A stretch of DNA of 61,963 bases, filler included, from Nitrospirae bacterium CG2_30_53_67 (GCA_001873285.1; 6 parts of 6 records of this genome joined end to end with filler, not necessarily neighbours in it), one strand, 5' to 3'; positions 49,859-60,220 are shown, numbered from the whole stretch's first letter. Notes: generated from the sequence alone by a model not told the origin. Made by a program: numbers and translations.

Positions 49859-51121
49859 ATGGGAATGACTATCACTGAAAAAATCCTGGCCGCGCACGCC
49901 GGGGAAAAAAGTGTTTCGCCCGGGGAATTGATCACGGCCAAGGTGGATATCGCTCTGGCCAATGACATCACCGCGCCTATCGCCATCAAGAAGTTCCGGG
50001 AGTCCGGGGCCGCCAAGGTCTTCAATAAGGACTTTATCGCCCTGGTGCCGGACCACTTTGCCCCCAACAAGGACATCGAGTCCGCGGAGCAGTGCAGGAT
50101 GCTCAGGGACTTTGCCAGGGAACATGAGCTGACCTGTTATTTCGAGGTCGGGCGGATGGGCGTGGAGCATGCCCTCCTTCCCGAGCAGGGGATCGTGGTC
50201 CCCGGAGACGTGGTCATCGGCGCCGATTCCCACACCTGCACCTACGGCGGCCTCGGCGCATTCTCCACGGGCATGGGCTCCACGGACCTGGCCGCGGCCT
50301 TCATCACCGGAGAGACCTGGTTCAAGGTTCCCGAGTCCATGAAGTTCGTCTACAAAGGAATGCTCAGACCGTGGGTCGGGGGCAAGGATCTGATCCTCTA
50401 TACGATCGGGGATACCGGCGTGGACGGGGCTCTTTACCGGGCCATGGAGTTCACCGGCGAAGTCATCGAATCCCTTCCCATGTCCCACCGGCTGACCATG
50501 GCCAACATGGCCATTGAGGCCGGGGCCAAGAACGGGATCATCGCACCGGATCAGATCACTGAGAAATATGTGATCGGCCGAGCCAGGAGAAAGCCCGTTT
50601 TTTACCGGAGCGACCCGGATGCGCGCTACTGCGACGTCAGGGAATACGACTGTTCCGCTTTGGAGCCGCAGGTGGCCTTTCCCCATCTGCCTGAGAATGT
50701 CCATAGCGTCCGGGAGGCCTCGAATATCACCATTGATCAGGTGGTGATCGGCTCCTGCACCAACGGGAGGCTTTCGGATCTCAGGGAGGCGGCCATGGTC
50801 ATCCGGGGGAAGAAGGTCGCGCCCTATGTCCGGCTGATCGTGATCCCGGCGACTCAGAAGATCTACCAGGATGCGCTCAAGGAGGGACTGATCGGGATCT
50901 TCATCGAAGCCGGTGCGGCGGTGAGCACGCCTACGTGCGGTCCCTGTCTGGGCGGTCACATGGGAGTCCTGGCCAAGGGGGAACGGGCCGTCTCCACCAC
51001 CAACCGGAACTTCGTGGGCCGGATGGGACACCCGGAGAGCGAGGTTTATCTCGCAAACCCGGCCGTGGCCGCGGCCTCGGCCGTGACCGGCCGGATCACG
51101 CATCCGGAAGAGATTGTGTAA
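49859..51121 (+). CDS. leuC: 3-isopropylmalate dehydratase large subunit
   Basis: [37 protein letters not shown]. Confidence 0.96.
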   Translation: MGMTITEKILAAHAGEKSVSPGELITAKVDIALANDITAPIAIKKFRESGAAKVFNKDFIALVPDHFAPNKDIESAEQCRMLRDFAREHELTCYFEVGRMGVEHALLPEQGIVVPGDVVIGADSHTCTYGGLGAFSTGMGSTDLAAAFITGETWFKVPESMKFVYKGMLRPWVGGKDLILYTIGDTGVDGALYRAMEFTGEVIESLPMSHRLTMANMAIEAGAKNGIIAPDQITEKYVIGRARRKPVFYRSDPDARYCDVREYDCSALEPQVAFPHLPENVHSVREASNITIDQVVIGSCTNGRLSDLREAAMVIRGKKVAPYVRLIVIPATQKIYQDALKEGLIGIFIEAGAAVSTPTCGPCLGGHMGVLAKGERAVSTTNRNFVGRMGHPESEVYLANPAVAAASAVTGRITHPEEIV

Positions 51122-51129
51122 AGAACCAC

Positions 51130-51210
51130 TTACCGCAGAGAACGCGGAGAGCGCAGAGTCAAGAGGTTTAAAACAAAGATCTTCCTCTGCATCTGTGACC
51201 TCTGCGGTAA
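51130..51210. repeat. 9-nt-unit inverted repeat
   Basis: TTACCGCAGAGAACGCGGAGAGCGCAGAG...CTCTGCGGTAA. Confidence 0.78.
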
Positions 51211-51241
51211 AGGGGTGACTATTTAAAACGGAGGACTGAAA

Positions 51242-51742
51242 ATGCCAATCAAAGGACGCGCCTTTAAATTCGGCAAGGATGTGGACACGGACCAGATCAT
51301 TCCGGCCCGATATTTGAATACGTCGGACCCCGATGAACTAGCCAGGCACTGTATGGAGGATGCGGATCCGGAGTTCATCAAAAAGATGGCCCCCGGCGAC
51401 CTGATCGTGGCGGACAAGAATTTCGGCTGCGGTTCTTCCCGTGAGCACGCCCCCATCGCCATCAAGGCCGCAGGGGTCTCCGCGGTGATCGCCAAATCCT
51501 TTGCCCGGATCTTCTACCGGAACGCCTTCAACATGGGGCTTTTGATCTTCGAATCCGGGGATGCCGTGAACGGCATCTCCCAGGGAGACGAAATCGAGGT
51601 GGAGATGGAATCCGGCCGGATCCTGAACCGGACCACAGGCAAGACATACCAGGCCGCGGCCATCCCCCCGTTCATGAGGGAGCTGATCAACGCGGGCGGG
51701 CTCATGGCCTTCGTAAAGAAGAAGATCCGGACGGGAATGTAG
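51242..51742 (+). CDS. leuD: 3-isopropylmalate dehydratase small subunit
   Basis: VDTDQIIP, NFGCGSSREHA. Confidence 0.96.
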   Translation: MPIKGRAFKFGKDVDTDQIIPARYLNTSDPDELARHCMEDADPEFIKKMAPGDLIVADKNFGCGSSREHAPIAIKAAGVSAVIAKSFARIFYRNAFNMGLLIFESGDAVNGISQGDEIEVEMESGRILNRTTGKTYQAAAIPPFMRELINAGGLMAFVKKKIRTGM

Positions 51743-51765
51743 GTCAGCCTTGAAATGTTCTCTAA

Positions 51766-51791
51766 GTAGTCCTGTTCGTAAATAGGGCCAC
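51766..51791. mobile_element. Collapsed 26-bp MITE footprint
   Basis: TAA|GTAGTCCTGTTCGTAAATAGGGCCAC|TAA: the two TIRs fused. Confidence 0.7.
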
Positions 51792-52872
51792 TAAGAGCGG
51801 GTGTAATTCAGCAGCCCGCCTGCGACAAGGATGGATCTCTGGCGTTCGGTCAGGGCATAGGAGACCGGGATCTCTTTGTTCCGGGTCTTGTTGATGAGCG
51901 TGGGCTTCTTTCCCTGTCTGAGAGATTCCCGGATGCCCGGCAGCAGGATCTCATCCCCTAAACCCATCTCCGCATCATCCGTGCCATGGTCAAAGGTCAG
52001 CGGAAGGATCCCGAAGTTGATCAGGTTCGCGGTATGGATCCGCTCCAGGGATTTGGCCAGCACGACCTTGACCCCGAGGTACATGGGGCAGAGGGCCGCA
52101 TGCTCCCGGCTGGAGCCTTGTCCGTAGCTTTCCCCGCCTACGATGATGTTGTGGATACCCGATGCCTTATTCTTGAGGCACCGAGAGGAAAAATCCGGGT
52201 CCACCCCTTCGAAGACGAACTCGGCATATTTGGGGACATTGGACCGGTATTTGAGACGAGATCCCGCGGGCATGATGTGGTCGGTGGTGATCTTGTCCCC
52301 GACCTTGATCGAGACCATCCCCTGAATCGTTTCGGGCATGGGATCGTTGACCGGCGGCTCTCCGATGTTGGGGCCCCGGACGATCTTGACCGCGCCGGGG
52401 TCTTCCCAAGGCTTCAGGATCATGGAGTCATCCACCCAGAAATGATCCGGGAGCCGGACCTCAGGATAGGAGATGCCCAGGTCTCTTGGATCCGTGATCC
52501 TGCCGGTCAGGGTGCAGGCTGCGGCTGTCTCGGGACTGGCCAGATAAACCTTCGCGCTTTTGGTCCCGGAGCGCCCCTCAAAATTCCGGTTGTTGGTCCG
52601 GATGGAGACGGCATGGGTCTCCGGGGCCTGGCCGTTCCCGATGCAGAAACCGCAGGCCGATTCCAGGACGCGAACCCCGGATGCGATCAGGTCGGTCAGC
52701 GCGCCGGACTCAGAAAGCATCCCCAGGACCTGCCGGGACCCCGGCGCCACACCCACGCTCACCTCCGGATGCACCCGCCTCCCCTTGAGCAGCGAGGCCA
52801 CGATCATGAGATCTCTGTACGAAGAGTTGGTACAGGAACCGATCAGGACCTGATTCACCGAGGTTCCCTGCA
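51791..52872 (-). CDS. Aconitate hydratase, C-terminal part
   Basis: IGSCTNS, CGFCIG, NRNFEGR, TTDHI, YGQGSSREHAA; cut by the gap. Confidence 0.93.
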
Positions 52873-52972
52873 NNNNNNNNNNNNNNNNNNNNNNNNNNNN
52901 NNNNNNNNNNNNNNNNTTAATTAATTAANNNNNNNNNNNNNNNNNNNNNNNNNNNNNNNNNNNNNNNNNNNN
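52873..52972. other. Artificial contig linker
   Basis: N-run, TTAATTAATTAA, N-run. Confidence 0.98.
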
Positions 52973-53105
52973 ACCGCCGGCCAGCTTGAGCGCCTTGCCC
53001 TCCCACTCTCCCAAAACGACTACGGCCGCTATCTTTTACATATACTGAATGAGGACGGACGAGAAGAATGAGCATGATCGAAACCAGCCGCCCGATTTGG
53101 ATTCA

Positions 53106-53225
53106 TTCCCCTCTCCCCGGTGGGAAGAGCGGGAATCACAAATAGTCTTCCCCTCTTCCCGGAGTGGGAGAGGATTTCACCCGTCATTTCCTCTCCCCGC
53201 GTGGGAGAGGATAAAGGAGAGGGGG
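53106..53225. repeat. REP-like palindromic cluster
   Basis: Three CCTCTCCC..TGGGAGAGG hairpin units. Confidence 0.7.
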
Positions 53226-53304
53226 AAATGCTAAGGAGCTTTTTCATGTTCATTGGATCGCACACTAAAGAGCAATCGTTTTTAGAGTTTTCTCAGGAGT
53301 ATTT

Positions 53305-54069
53305 ATGAATCAAGATACGGAAAGATCTGAAATCAAGACCATTAGAGATCATCCCATCGCAGACACAATAGGGAAACGGAGTTACCTGCCCAAGACATCC
53401 TCCCTTCTGATCAGCCTGGCCATTCTGGGGCTTCTCATTCTTGTCAGCGGGTTTGTTCAGAAAAGGGAATACATTCCAGGGCCCACCAACCTCCGGCAGG
53501 CATTCCCAAGGACCATCGGAGAGTATAAGTCAACAGAGGATGCTCCCATAGATCAAGAAATCCTGGACGAACTCGAACTGACGGATTACCTCAACCGAAC
53601 TTATCTTTCCCCTAAGGGCTACGCGGTTCATCTCTACGTGGGGTATGTAAATTCTCAAAACGAGATGCCGTTGATTCACACCCCCGTCGGGTGTCTGCCG
53701 GGAGGCGGGAACGCAATACTATCGCATGAAGCGGTTCCCTGGTGGCAGGCCCCGGCCGGCCGAGGGCAAGCCGGCCAGCAGGAGCCGTCCCAGAACATCA
53801 ATCTGATTCGTCTGGCCAGCGGTGAGGAGAAGCAGATTGTCATCTACTGGTACCAGGAGAGGGGCCGTATCATTCAGAACGACTGGATGGAAAGGTTTTA
53901 TCTTTTCTGGGATGCGGTGGTCCGAGGAAGGACCGACGGCGCCCTGGTCCGGTTCATCACGGCGGTGGGGCCGTCCGAAAACATGGAGCAGGCCGAACAA
54001 AGGATACGAGATTTTGTCCAGAAAACCATACCGTTCCTGCAGAGCGAGCTTCCCGGAAAAGACACGTGA
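53305..54069 (+). CDS. epsI: EpsI family exosortase-associated protein
   Basis: YLNRTY, IHTPVGCLPGGG, YWYQ, RTDGALVR. Confidence 0.9.
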   Translation: MNQDTERSEIKTIRDHPIADTIGKRSYLPKTSSLLISLAILGLLILVSGFVQKREYIPGPTNLRQAFPRTIGEYKSTEDAPIDQEILDELELTDYLNRTYLSPKGYAVHLYVGYVNSQNEMPLIHTPVGCLPGGGNAILSHEAVPWWQAPAGRGQAGQQEPSQNINLIRLASGEEKQIVIYWYQERGRIIQNDWMERFYLFWDAVVRGRTDGALVRFITAVGPSENMEQAEQRIRDFVQKTIPFLQSELPGKDT

Positions 54070-54956
54070 AAGGTGCAGAAGATATGACTGGTGCAACGAA
54101 CATTACCAAGAATGATTCCCTGTCCCCGCTCCTGTTGTGCCTGGCCTGCCTGGGTCTACTGGCCTGGTTGTTTCAGCCCTTCGCCGGGAAGGTGGTTGAA
54201 TTCTGGACCGAGAACCCGACCTACACCCACAGCCCCCTGATCCCCTTTGTTATTGCTTATCTCATCTGGGATAAGCGAAAGACCCTGGCCGAGACAGAAA
54301 TAGTGCCTTCATACAGGGGCGGTCTGCCTATGCTCCTGATCAGTTCTCTCATCTGGATTGTCGCCGTGGGAGGCAAATCTCGCTTTGCCGTCGAGCTAAC
54401 TTTTGTTTTTTTGATTATTTCGGTCGTCTGGTTGAACTTCGGATCGGCGCTCACCAAGAAGCTTTCCTTCCCGTTATTTCTCCTTTTAATGATGGTCCCT
54501 ATCCCGACAATCCTTTACGCGGCCATATCCAGGAAGCTGCAACTTCTTTCGTCCACATTCGGCGTGGCGTTCATACAATTGTTTTCCATCCCGGTCCACG
54601 GTGAAGGGAACATCATTTATTTGCCCGAAACCACACTACAAGTGGCCGAGGCCTGCAGTGGGATCAGCTCTCTGGTCTCACTCTTCACGCTCGCCATGAT
54701 TTATGCCTACATCAGCCAGAAAGGATTTCTACGGAGATCCCTCATTGTTCTCAGTTCGTTTCCTATCGCCGTGTTTATGAACTGGGTACGGATCGCCGCA
54801 ACGGGGATGATTGCTCATTATTGGAGTCTTGAATACGCACAGGGTTTTTACCATAGTTTTTCGGGTTGGATTGTTTTTATTGTGGCCTTTGGTATTTTCC
54901 TGATGGTGGGGTCTGCGATATCGTATTTCTCTAAGGCAATGATGAGTCGCTCTTGA
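54066..54956 (+). CDS. Exosortase (EpsH family)
   Basis: YTH, VAEACSG (Cys), NWVR (Arg), FYH (His); many TMs. Confidence 0.93.
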   Translation: MKGAEDMTGATNITKNDSLSPLLLCLACLGLLAWLFQPFAGKVVEFWTENPTYTHSPLIPFVIAYLIWDKRKTLAETEIVPSYRGGLPMLLISSLIWIVAVGGKSRFAVELTFVFLIISVVWLNFGSALTKKLSFPLFLLLMMVPIPTILYAAISRKLQLLSSTFGVAFIQLFSIPVHGEGNIIYLPETTLQVAEACSGISSLVSLFTLAMIYAYISQKGFLRRSLIVLSSFPIAVFMNWVRIAATGMIAHYWSLEYAQGFYHSFSGWIVFIVAFGIFLMVGSAISYFSKAMMSRS

Positions 54957-54978
54957 AGGCGAAGACAAGGAGTGATCC

Positions 54979-56064
54979 ATGAAGATAGCGCTTATTACCG
55001 GCATCACGGGCCAGGACGGGGCCTACCTGGCGGAGCTTCTGTTGAAAAAGGGTTACAACGTTCACGGGATCAAGCGCCGCGCCTCGCTGTTCAACACGGA
55101 TAGAATTGATCACTTATACAAGGACCCGCACGAGAAAGAGAGCCGATTCCATCTGCATTATGGCGACATGACGGATGCGACCAACCTGATCCGCATTGTC
55201 CAGGAAACCCAGCCGGATGAAATCTACAACCTTGCCGCACAAAGCCATGTCAAGGTCTCCTTTGAAACGGCTGAGTACACGGCCAATGCCGACGCCCTCG
55301 GAACGCTTCGCCTGCTCGAGGCTTTGCGCATACTGAATCTGGAGAAAAAATGCAGATTCTACCAGGCCTCCACCAGCGAGATGTACGGGAAGGTGAGAGA
55401 AGTTCCGCAAACAGAAACCACGCCTTTTTATCCTCAGAGCCCTTACGGGGCGGCCAAGGTCTATGCCTACTGGATCTGTGTCAACTACCGCGAGGCCTAC
55501 GGTATCTACGCCTGTAACGGGATTCTCTTCAACCACGAATCACCCATTCGCGGGGAAACATTTGTCACGCGTAAGATCACCCGGGCCGTGTCCCGGATCC
55601 ATCTCGGTCTTCAAGATCGAATCTTCCTGGGGAACCTCAACGCCAGAAGGGACTGGGGCCATGCCAAGGATTACGTAGAAGCCCAATGGCTGATCCTGCA
55701 GCAGCCCGAGCCGGATGACTATGTGATCGCCAGCGGCGAGCAGCATTCGGTGCGAGAGTTTGTCGAGATGGCTTTCAAGGAGGTTGACATAGAGATCCGG
55801 TGGGAAGGTAAGGGAGTGGATGAGAAGGGTATTGATTCCAAGAGCGGCAAAGTTTTGGTCGAAGTCGACCCGAGTTACTTCAGGCCTACAGAGGTGGAGA
55901 GTCTTCTGGGAGATCCCACCAAAGCCAAAGAAAAACTCGGCTGGAAGCCGAAGATCAGTTTTTCCGATATGGTTGCCGAGATGGTCCGGGAAGATATCCA
56001 GGAAGCGAAAAAAGATGAGTATTGCAAGAACGGCGGGTTCAAGACCTTTCATTATTTTGAATAG
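54979..56064 (+). CDS. gmd: GDP-mannose 4,6-dehydratase
   Basis: [30 protein letters not shown]. Confidence 0.98.
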   Translation: MKIALITGITGQDGAYLAELLLKKGYNVHGIKRRASLFNTDRIDHLYKDPHEKESRFHLHYGDMTDATNLIRIVQETQPDEIYNLAAQSHVKVSFETAEYTANADALGTLRLLEALRILNLEKKCRFYQASTSEMYGKVREVPQTETTPFYPQSPYGAAKVYAYWICVNYREAYGIYACNGILFNHESPIRGETFVTRKITRAVSRIHLGLQDRIFLGNLNARRDWGHAKDYVEAQWLILQQPEPDDYVIASGEQHSVREFVEMAFKEVDIEIRWEGKGVDEKGIDSKSGKVLVEVDPSYFRPTEVESLLGDPTKAKEKLGWKPKISFSDMVAEMVREDIQEAKKDEYCKNGGFKTFHYFE

Positions 56065-56124
56065 CAGAGCTCTATTCTGGTTGCTGACCAAACGAAAAAT
56101 CAGCATAATATTGGGGGCAACGGG

Positions 56125-56457
56125 ATGAAGTTGAAACCATACGAACGAAAAGCCCTTAACGAAATTATAAAGAGGATCGTCGAGCGCTTTAATCCGGAAA
56201 AGATCATCCTTTTCGGGTCCTATGCCCATGGGTCGCCTGGACCGGATAGTGATGTGGATCTCTTAGTCGTTATGCAGATTGAAGGGTCACGTCGAAGCAA
56301 GGCAACGGCAATGGACCTTGCACTTGTCGGGGTGGAAGTCCCGGTGGATCTGATCGTTGTGACTCCTGAAGAAATCGAAAAGCACCGTGACCAGATAGGA
56401 ACGATCATCCGTCCGGCGCTGCGCGAGGGAGAAGTGCTCTATGAGCGAACGGCCTGA
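56125..56457 (+). CDS. Minimal nucleotidyltransferase (MNT)
   Basis: LFGSYAHG..DSDVDL. Confidence 0.92.
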   Translation: MKLKPYERKALNEIIKRIVERFNPEKIILFGSYAHGSPGPDSDVDLLVVMQIEGSRRSKATAMDLALVGVEVPVDLIVVTPEEIEKHRDQIGTIIRPALREGEVLYERTA

Positions 56458-56848
56458 GAATTCAGAAGAAGTCGCTCGGTGGATTGAAAAAGCCGAAAAC
56501 GATTTCAGAAACGCTGAACATACCTTGACACTTGAGGTTGACTGCCCATTTGATACGGTATGTTTTCATGCTCAACAATGCGCTGAAAAATATCTCAAAG
56601 CGCTTCTTGTATCCTTATCTGTCGATTTTCCAAAAACACATGACCTGCGCTTATTAATGCAACGTGTTGCGGGAAAGATTACGCTTGATATAGAAATTAG
56701 TGATGTGCTGGTTTTGAACCGGTACAGCATTGAGGCTCGCTATCCCGGTGATTGGGAACCCATAGATCGTGATGAGGCTGAAAAAGCAGTGGCTATCGCC
56801 CGACAAATTCGCAAACGAGTCAGGGCCAATCTCCTGACCAAGGGATAA
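56441..56848 (+). CDS. HEPN domain protein
   Basis: W..KA..D, CFHAQQCAEKYLKA, KTHDL, RYPG; overlaps the MNT gene. Confidence 0.92.
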   Translation: MSERPENSEEVARWIEKAENDFRNAEHTLTLEVDCPFDTVCFHAQQCAEKYLKALLVSLSVDFPKTHDLRLLMQRVAGKITLDIEISDVLVLNRYSIEARYPGDWEPIDRDEAEKAVAIARQIRKRVRANLLTKG

Positions 56849-56951
56849 ATTTTGATATATTCCAAGCTCTTTACCTGTGTCCATTGTTTCCTTTTCACAG
56901 AATTGGAGAGAGCAAGGGAGAGGGGGCGTTGATCATTCCCAGGTTCTTTTT

Positions 56952-57192
56952 TTGTCATCCTCCGGCGCGACCGGGGGATCCAACTGTCATTGCCCGACTG
57001 GATCGGACAATCCAGAGTCGTTCCCCAGCGTTCCCCTCTCCCAATGGGAAGCGCGGAAATCACAAAGAGTTTTTCCCTCGCCCCAGCGTGGGAGAGGGCA
57101 GGGTGAGGGGAACAATTTCCTCCGTGCCCTCCGCTCTTTCTGTGGAGCGTGTCTTTGCAATTGGTTTTAGCCAGTTACATCTTTTCTCTGCG
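56952..57192. repeat. Mixed cluster of REP-like palindromes
   Basis: GTCATCCTCCGG..CCGGGGGATCCA, GTCATTGCCCGA..TCGGACAATCCAG, CCCTCGCCCC..GGGAGAGGGCAGGGTGAGGGG and a half 9-nt arm. Confidence 0.7.
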
Positions 57193-57196
57193 ATCT

Positions 57197-57296
57197 NNNN
57201 NNNNNNNNNNNNNNNNNNNNNNNNNNNNNNNNNNNNNNNNTTAATTAATTAANNNNNNNNNNNNNNNNNNNNNNNNNNNNNNNNNNNNNNNNNNNN
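57197..57296. other. Artificial contig linker
   Basis: N-run, TTAATTAATTAA, N-run. Confidence 0.98.
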
Positions 57297-57436
57297 AGGG
57301 GTCAAGGGGTCAAGGATTCCAGGGGTCAAGTGAAGGGCTAAAAACATAAGGGGTCGAGGGTTCAAGGGTTTTTCTCTGGAGATTTTGCTTGTGTTTCAGC
57401 ATTTCACTTGAATCCTCGACCCCTTTTTACCCGCTA
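57297..57436. mobile_element. 8-nt tandem-repeat element (copy I), left end cut by the gap
   Basis: G-arm as in copy F, core CTCTGGAGATTTTGCTTG as in copy B, short C-arm. Confidence 0.82.
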
Positions 57437-57455
57437 TTTTCAAAAGGAGTTTAAA

Positions 57456-58487
57456 ATGAAGGTTCTCATTCTGGGCGTAAACGGGTTCATCGGAAACAGT
57501 CTGACCTATAAAATCATGAGCGATACGGACTGGGAAGTCTACGGCATGGACATGGCGTGCGACAAGCTGGAGCACTCCATCAACAACCCGAGATTCCATT
57601 TTGTCGAAGGAGACATCTCCATCAACAAGGAATGGATCGAATACCACATCAAGAAATCGGATTTGGTTCTTCCCCTTGTGGCCATTGCCACGCCGGCAAG
57701 CTACGTGCAGGACCCGCTCGCCGTGTTCGAACTCGACTTCGAGGAAAACCTCCGGATTGTCCGGCAGTGCGTCAAGTACAAAAAAAGGGTCATCTTCCCC
57801 TCCACATCAGAGGTCTATGGCATGTGTTCGGACCCGGAGTTCGACCCGGATACCAGCCCCCTGGTGCTCGGGCCGATCCATAAAGAGCGGTGGATCTATA
57901 GCTGCAGCAAACAACTCATGGACCGGGTCATCTGGGCCTACGGAAGAGAGGGGCTCCAGTTCACCCTGATCCGCCCGTTCAACTGGATCGGACCCAAACT
58001 GGACCGGATTACCGTGGGCAAGGAAGGGAGTTCCCGGGTTCTGACCCAATTTCTGGGAAACATCATGATCGGCGAGCCGATCAAACTCGTGGACGGCGGC
58101 AGGCAGAGCCGGAGCTTTACCTATATTGACGACGGGATCAACTGCCTCCTGAAGATCATAGAAAACAAAAACAATGTCTGCCAGGGAGAGATCTTCAATA
58201 TCGGGAACCCGGCCAATAACATTTCCATCCGTGATCTGGCCCATACCCTCCGGGAGATGGTCATGCAATACCCAAAATACCGGAAAAAGGCCGAGGCCGC
58301 GCAAATCATCGAGGTCACATCCGAAGACTACTACGGCAAAGGGTATCAGGACATCATGACCAGAGTCCCATCCATCAAAAAGGCCCATGAGCTTCTCGGA
58401 TGGAAACCCAAGGTGAATCTTAAGACCGCGTTGAAAAAGACCCTGGACTACTATCTTACGGAAGATCATAAAGAAACGATTCTATGA
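57456..58487 (+). CDS. arnA: UDP-glucuronate oxidase/decarboxylase (stand-alone ArnA C-terminal domain)
   Basis: LILGVNGFIG, EWIEYH, FELDFEEN, RWIYSCSK, RPFNW. Confidence 0.9.
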   Translation: MKVLILGVNGFIGNSLTYKIMSDTDWEVYGMDMACDKLEHSINNPRFHFVEGDISINKEWIEYHIKKSDLVLPLVAIATPASYVQDPLAVFELDFEENLRIVRQCVKYKKRVIFPSTSEVYGMCSDPEFDPDTSPLVLGPIHKERWIYSCSKQLMDRVIWAYGREGLQFTLIRPFNWIGPKLDRITVGKEGSSRVLTQFLGNIMIGEPIKLVDGGRQSRSFTYIDDGINCLLKIIENKNNVCQGEIFNIGNPANNISIRDLAHTLREMVMQYPKYRKKAEAAQIIEVTSEDYYGKGYQDIMTRVPSIKKAHELLGWKPKVNLKTALKKTLDYYLTEDHKETIL

Positions 58488-60220
58488 CGGCGGAACCCTT
58501 AACCTCGGAAAATTCGGGAAGGACTCCGGGAGAGATGAAGACATCCGGGAAGGATCTCACCCTCATCCTGATCCTCACGGCACTATCCGCCCTTCTCCTG
58601 CTCCACGGATTAGGAGATCGTTCTCTCTGGGGATCTGAAGGAAGATGGGCCGAGGCTGCGCGTGAGATGCTTGCTGCATCAGATTACCTGACTCCGAGGA
58701 TCAACGGCGCCCCCTACAGGGACAAGCCGTTCCTTTCTTATGATATGATCCTATTCTTCACGCCCTTTACCGGAGGACGGGTGACCGAGCTTTCGGCGAG
58801 ACTCCCTTCCGCGGTTTCGGCCATGGCGGCCCTGCTGCTTCTTTATGGAATGGGGAAGCGTCTCTACGACAGGGAGACCGGATTCCTCTCCTCCTTGATC
58901 CTCGGCACATCATTTTATTTTATTTACTGGGGGAGGACCGCATCGGCCGATCTCATCAATATGACCGGGGTGCTGCTCTCCCTCTGGATATTTGTCCGTT
59001 TTGAGCCGGCCCCCTCGAGAGGCTGGCTCTATCCTTTTTACCTCTCCATGGCCGTAAATTCGCTCACCAAGGGGCTTCTCGGATTCGCCCTTCCTATGGC
59101 GGTCCTTCTCCCCTATGCGTGGATCCGGAAACAATGGGGCTGGCTATGGAACCGGCATACCATCCCCGCGGGTCTTTTTTCCGCCCTGATCTACCTGATC
59201 CCATTTTTCCTTGATTTCACCCGGAGCGGCTCTACCGACTCCCTCTACCTGGTATTCAAGGAGAACGTCCTCCGCTTCTTCGACCCCTTTGATCACAAAC
59301 AGCCGGTCTATTACTATTTTTACGAGATCTTCGCAATCTTTGCGCCGTGGGCGCTGTTCCTCCCGGGCGCCCTGATCCATCATCTCAGGAAGCCGACCTG
59401 CCTGTGCAACGGCAGACAGGGGCCCATGGACGGCTCGACAGGGTTTGTCATCCTCTACTTCTGCTCCCTGTTTTTATTCTTCACCCTCTCCGGTTCAAGG
59501 CGGAGTTATTATCTTCTGCCGCTCTTTCCCGCAGCCTCTTTAATCATTGGCAGAAGCTGGTCGGATCTGATGCGCGAGCCTCTCCGGGGATGGAGATCCT
59601 GGGTCCAGGTCCTAATCCCGGCGGGTCTTATGACACTGATCATGGGCTCGGCCGCTATCCTTGTTTTTTTACAGCCGTCTTTGCTCAAACCGTATGAAGC
59701 GCTTAACCTCAGCCGGCATGCCTGGGCGGCGGCCATCACAGCCCTCGGGCTGATCCTCTCGATCCTTCTTTATGCCGGATCCAAGGTCAGACACTCCTTC
59801 GACAGTGAGCTCAGGACAGTCAAACTGTTTGTCGCCGTCCTTCTCACCGTTGTGTTCTGCATGGACCTCTACTTGTTTTTTGTTGTTTTGCCCGCGGCGG
59901 AATCCTTTCGGGGTCTTCGAGGCCTTTGCAGCAGCGTAAACCGGATGCATATCCCTCAGGATCGCCTTGCCGTCCTCCACCAAGGGAGGGAGGGAAACCT
60001 CTTTTTTTACCTGGATCAAATCCCTGTCCGGAGGATCGATGATCCCGAAGAGGCCGGGCGTTTTCTACAGGATTCCGAAAATTATCTTCTCATCGAAGAA
60101 AAACACAGAAAGGAGATCTCCGGGATCAGTCCGGACCAGATACTCCTGCAGGAGAACCCATCCCCATTCAAACAGAATGACTCGGAAAGGTTCTCCCTGA
60201 TTCAAGGGAGGTCAGGATGA
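58484..60220 (+). CDS. arnT: ArnT/PMT-family (GT83-like) membrane glycosyltransferase
   Basis: EGRWAEAAREM, DKP, RLPSA, TKG, YYLLP. Confidence 0.85.
   Translation: MTAEPLTSENSGRTPGEMKTSGKDLTLILILTALSALLLLHGLGDRSLWGSEGRWAEAAREMLAASDYLTPRINGAPYRDKPFLSYDMILFFTPFTGGRVTELSARLPSAVSAMAALLLLYGMGKRLYDRETGFLSSLILGTSFYFIYWGRTASADLINMTGVLLSLWIFVRFEPAPSRGWLYPFYLSMAVNSLTKGLLGFALPMAVLLPYAWIRKQWGWLWNRHTIPAGLFSALIYLIPFFLDFTRSGSTDSLYLVFKENVLRFFDPFDHKQPVYYYFYEIFAIFAPWALFLPGALIHHLRKPTCLCNGRQGPMDGSTGFVILYFCSLFLFFTLSGSRRSYYLLPLFPAASLIIGRSWSDLMREPLRGWRSWVQVLIPAGLMTLIMGSAAILVFLQPSLLKPYEALNLSRHAWAAAITALGLILSILLYAGSKVRHSFDSELRTVKLFVAVLLTVVFCMDLYLFFVVLPAAESFRGLRGLCSSVNRMHIPQDRLAVLHQGREGNLFFYLDQIPVRRIDDPEEAGRFLQDSENYLLIEEKHRKEISGISPDQILLQENPSPFKQNDSERFSLIQGRSG

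Noticed and set aside
53751..53776. GC-rich palindrome in epsI (PAGRGQAG) as another in-frame mini-element
   Set aside because: Only a loose resemblance to the CCTGCC family, and no second copy; needs an orthologue alignment.
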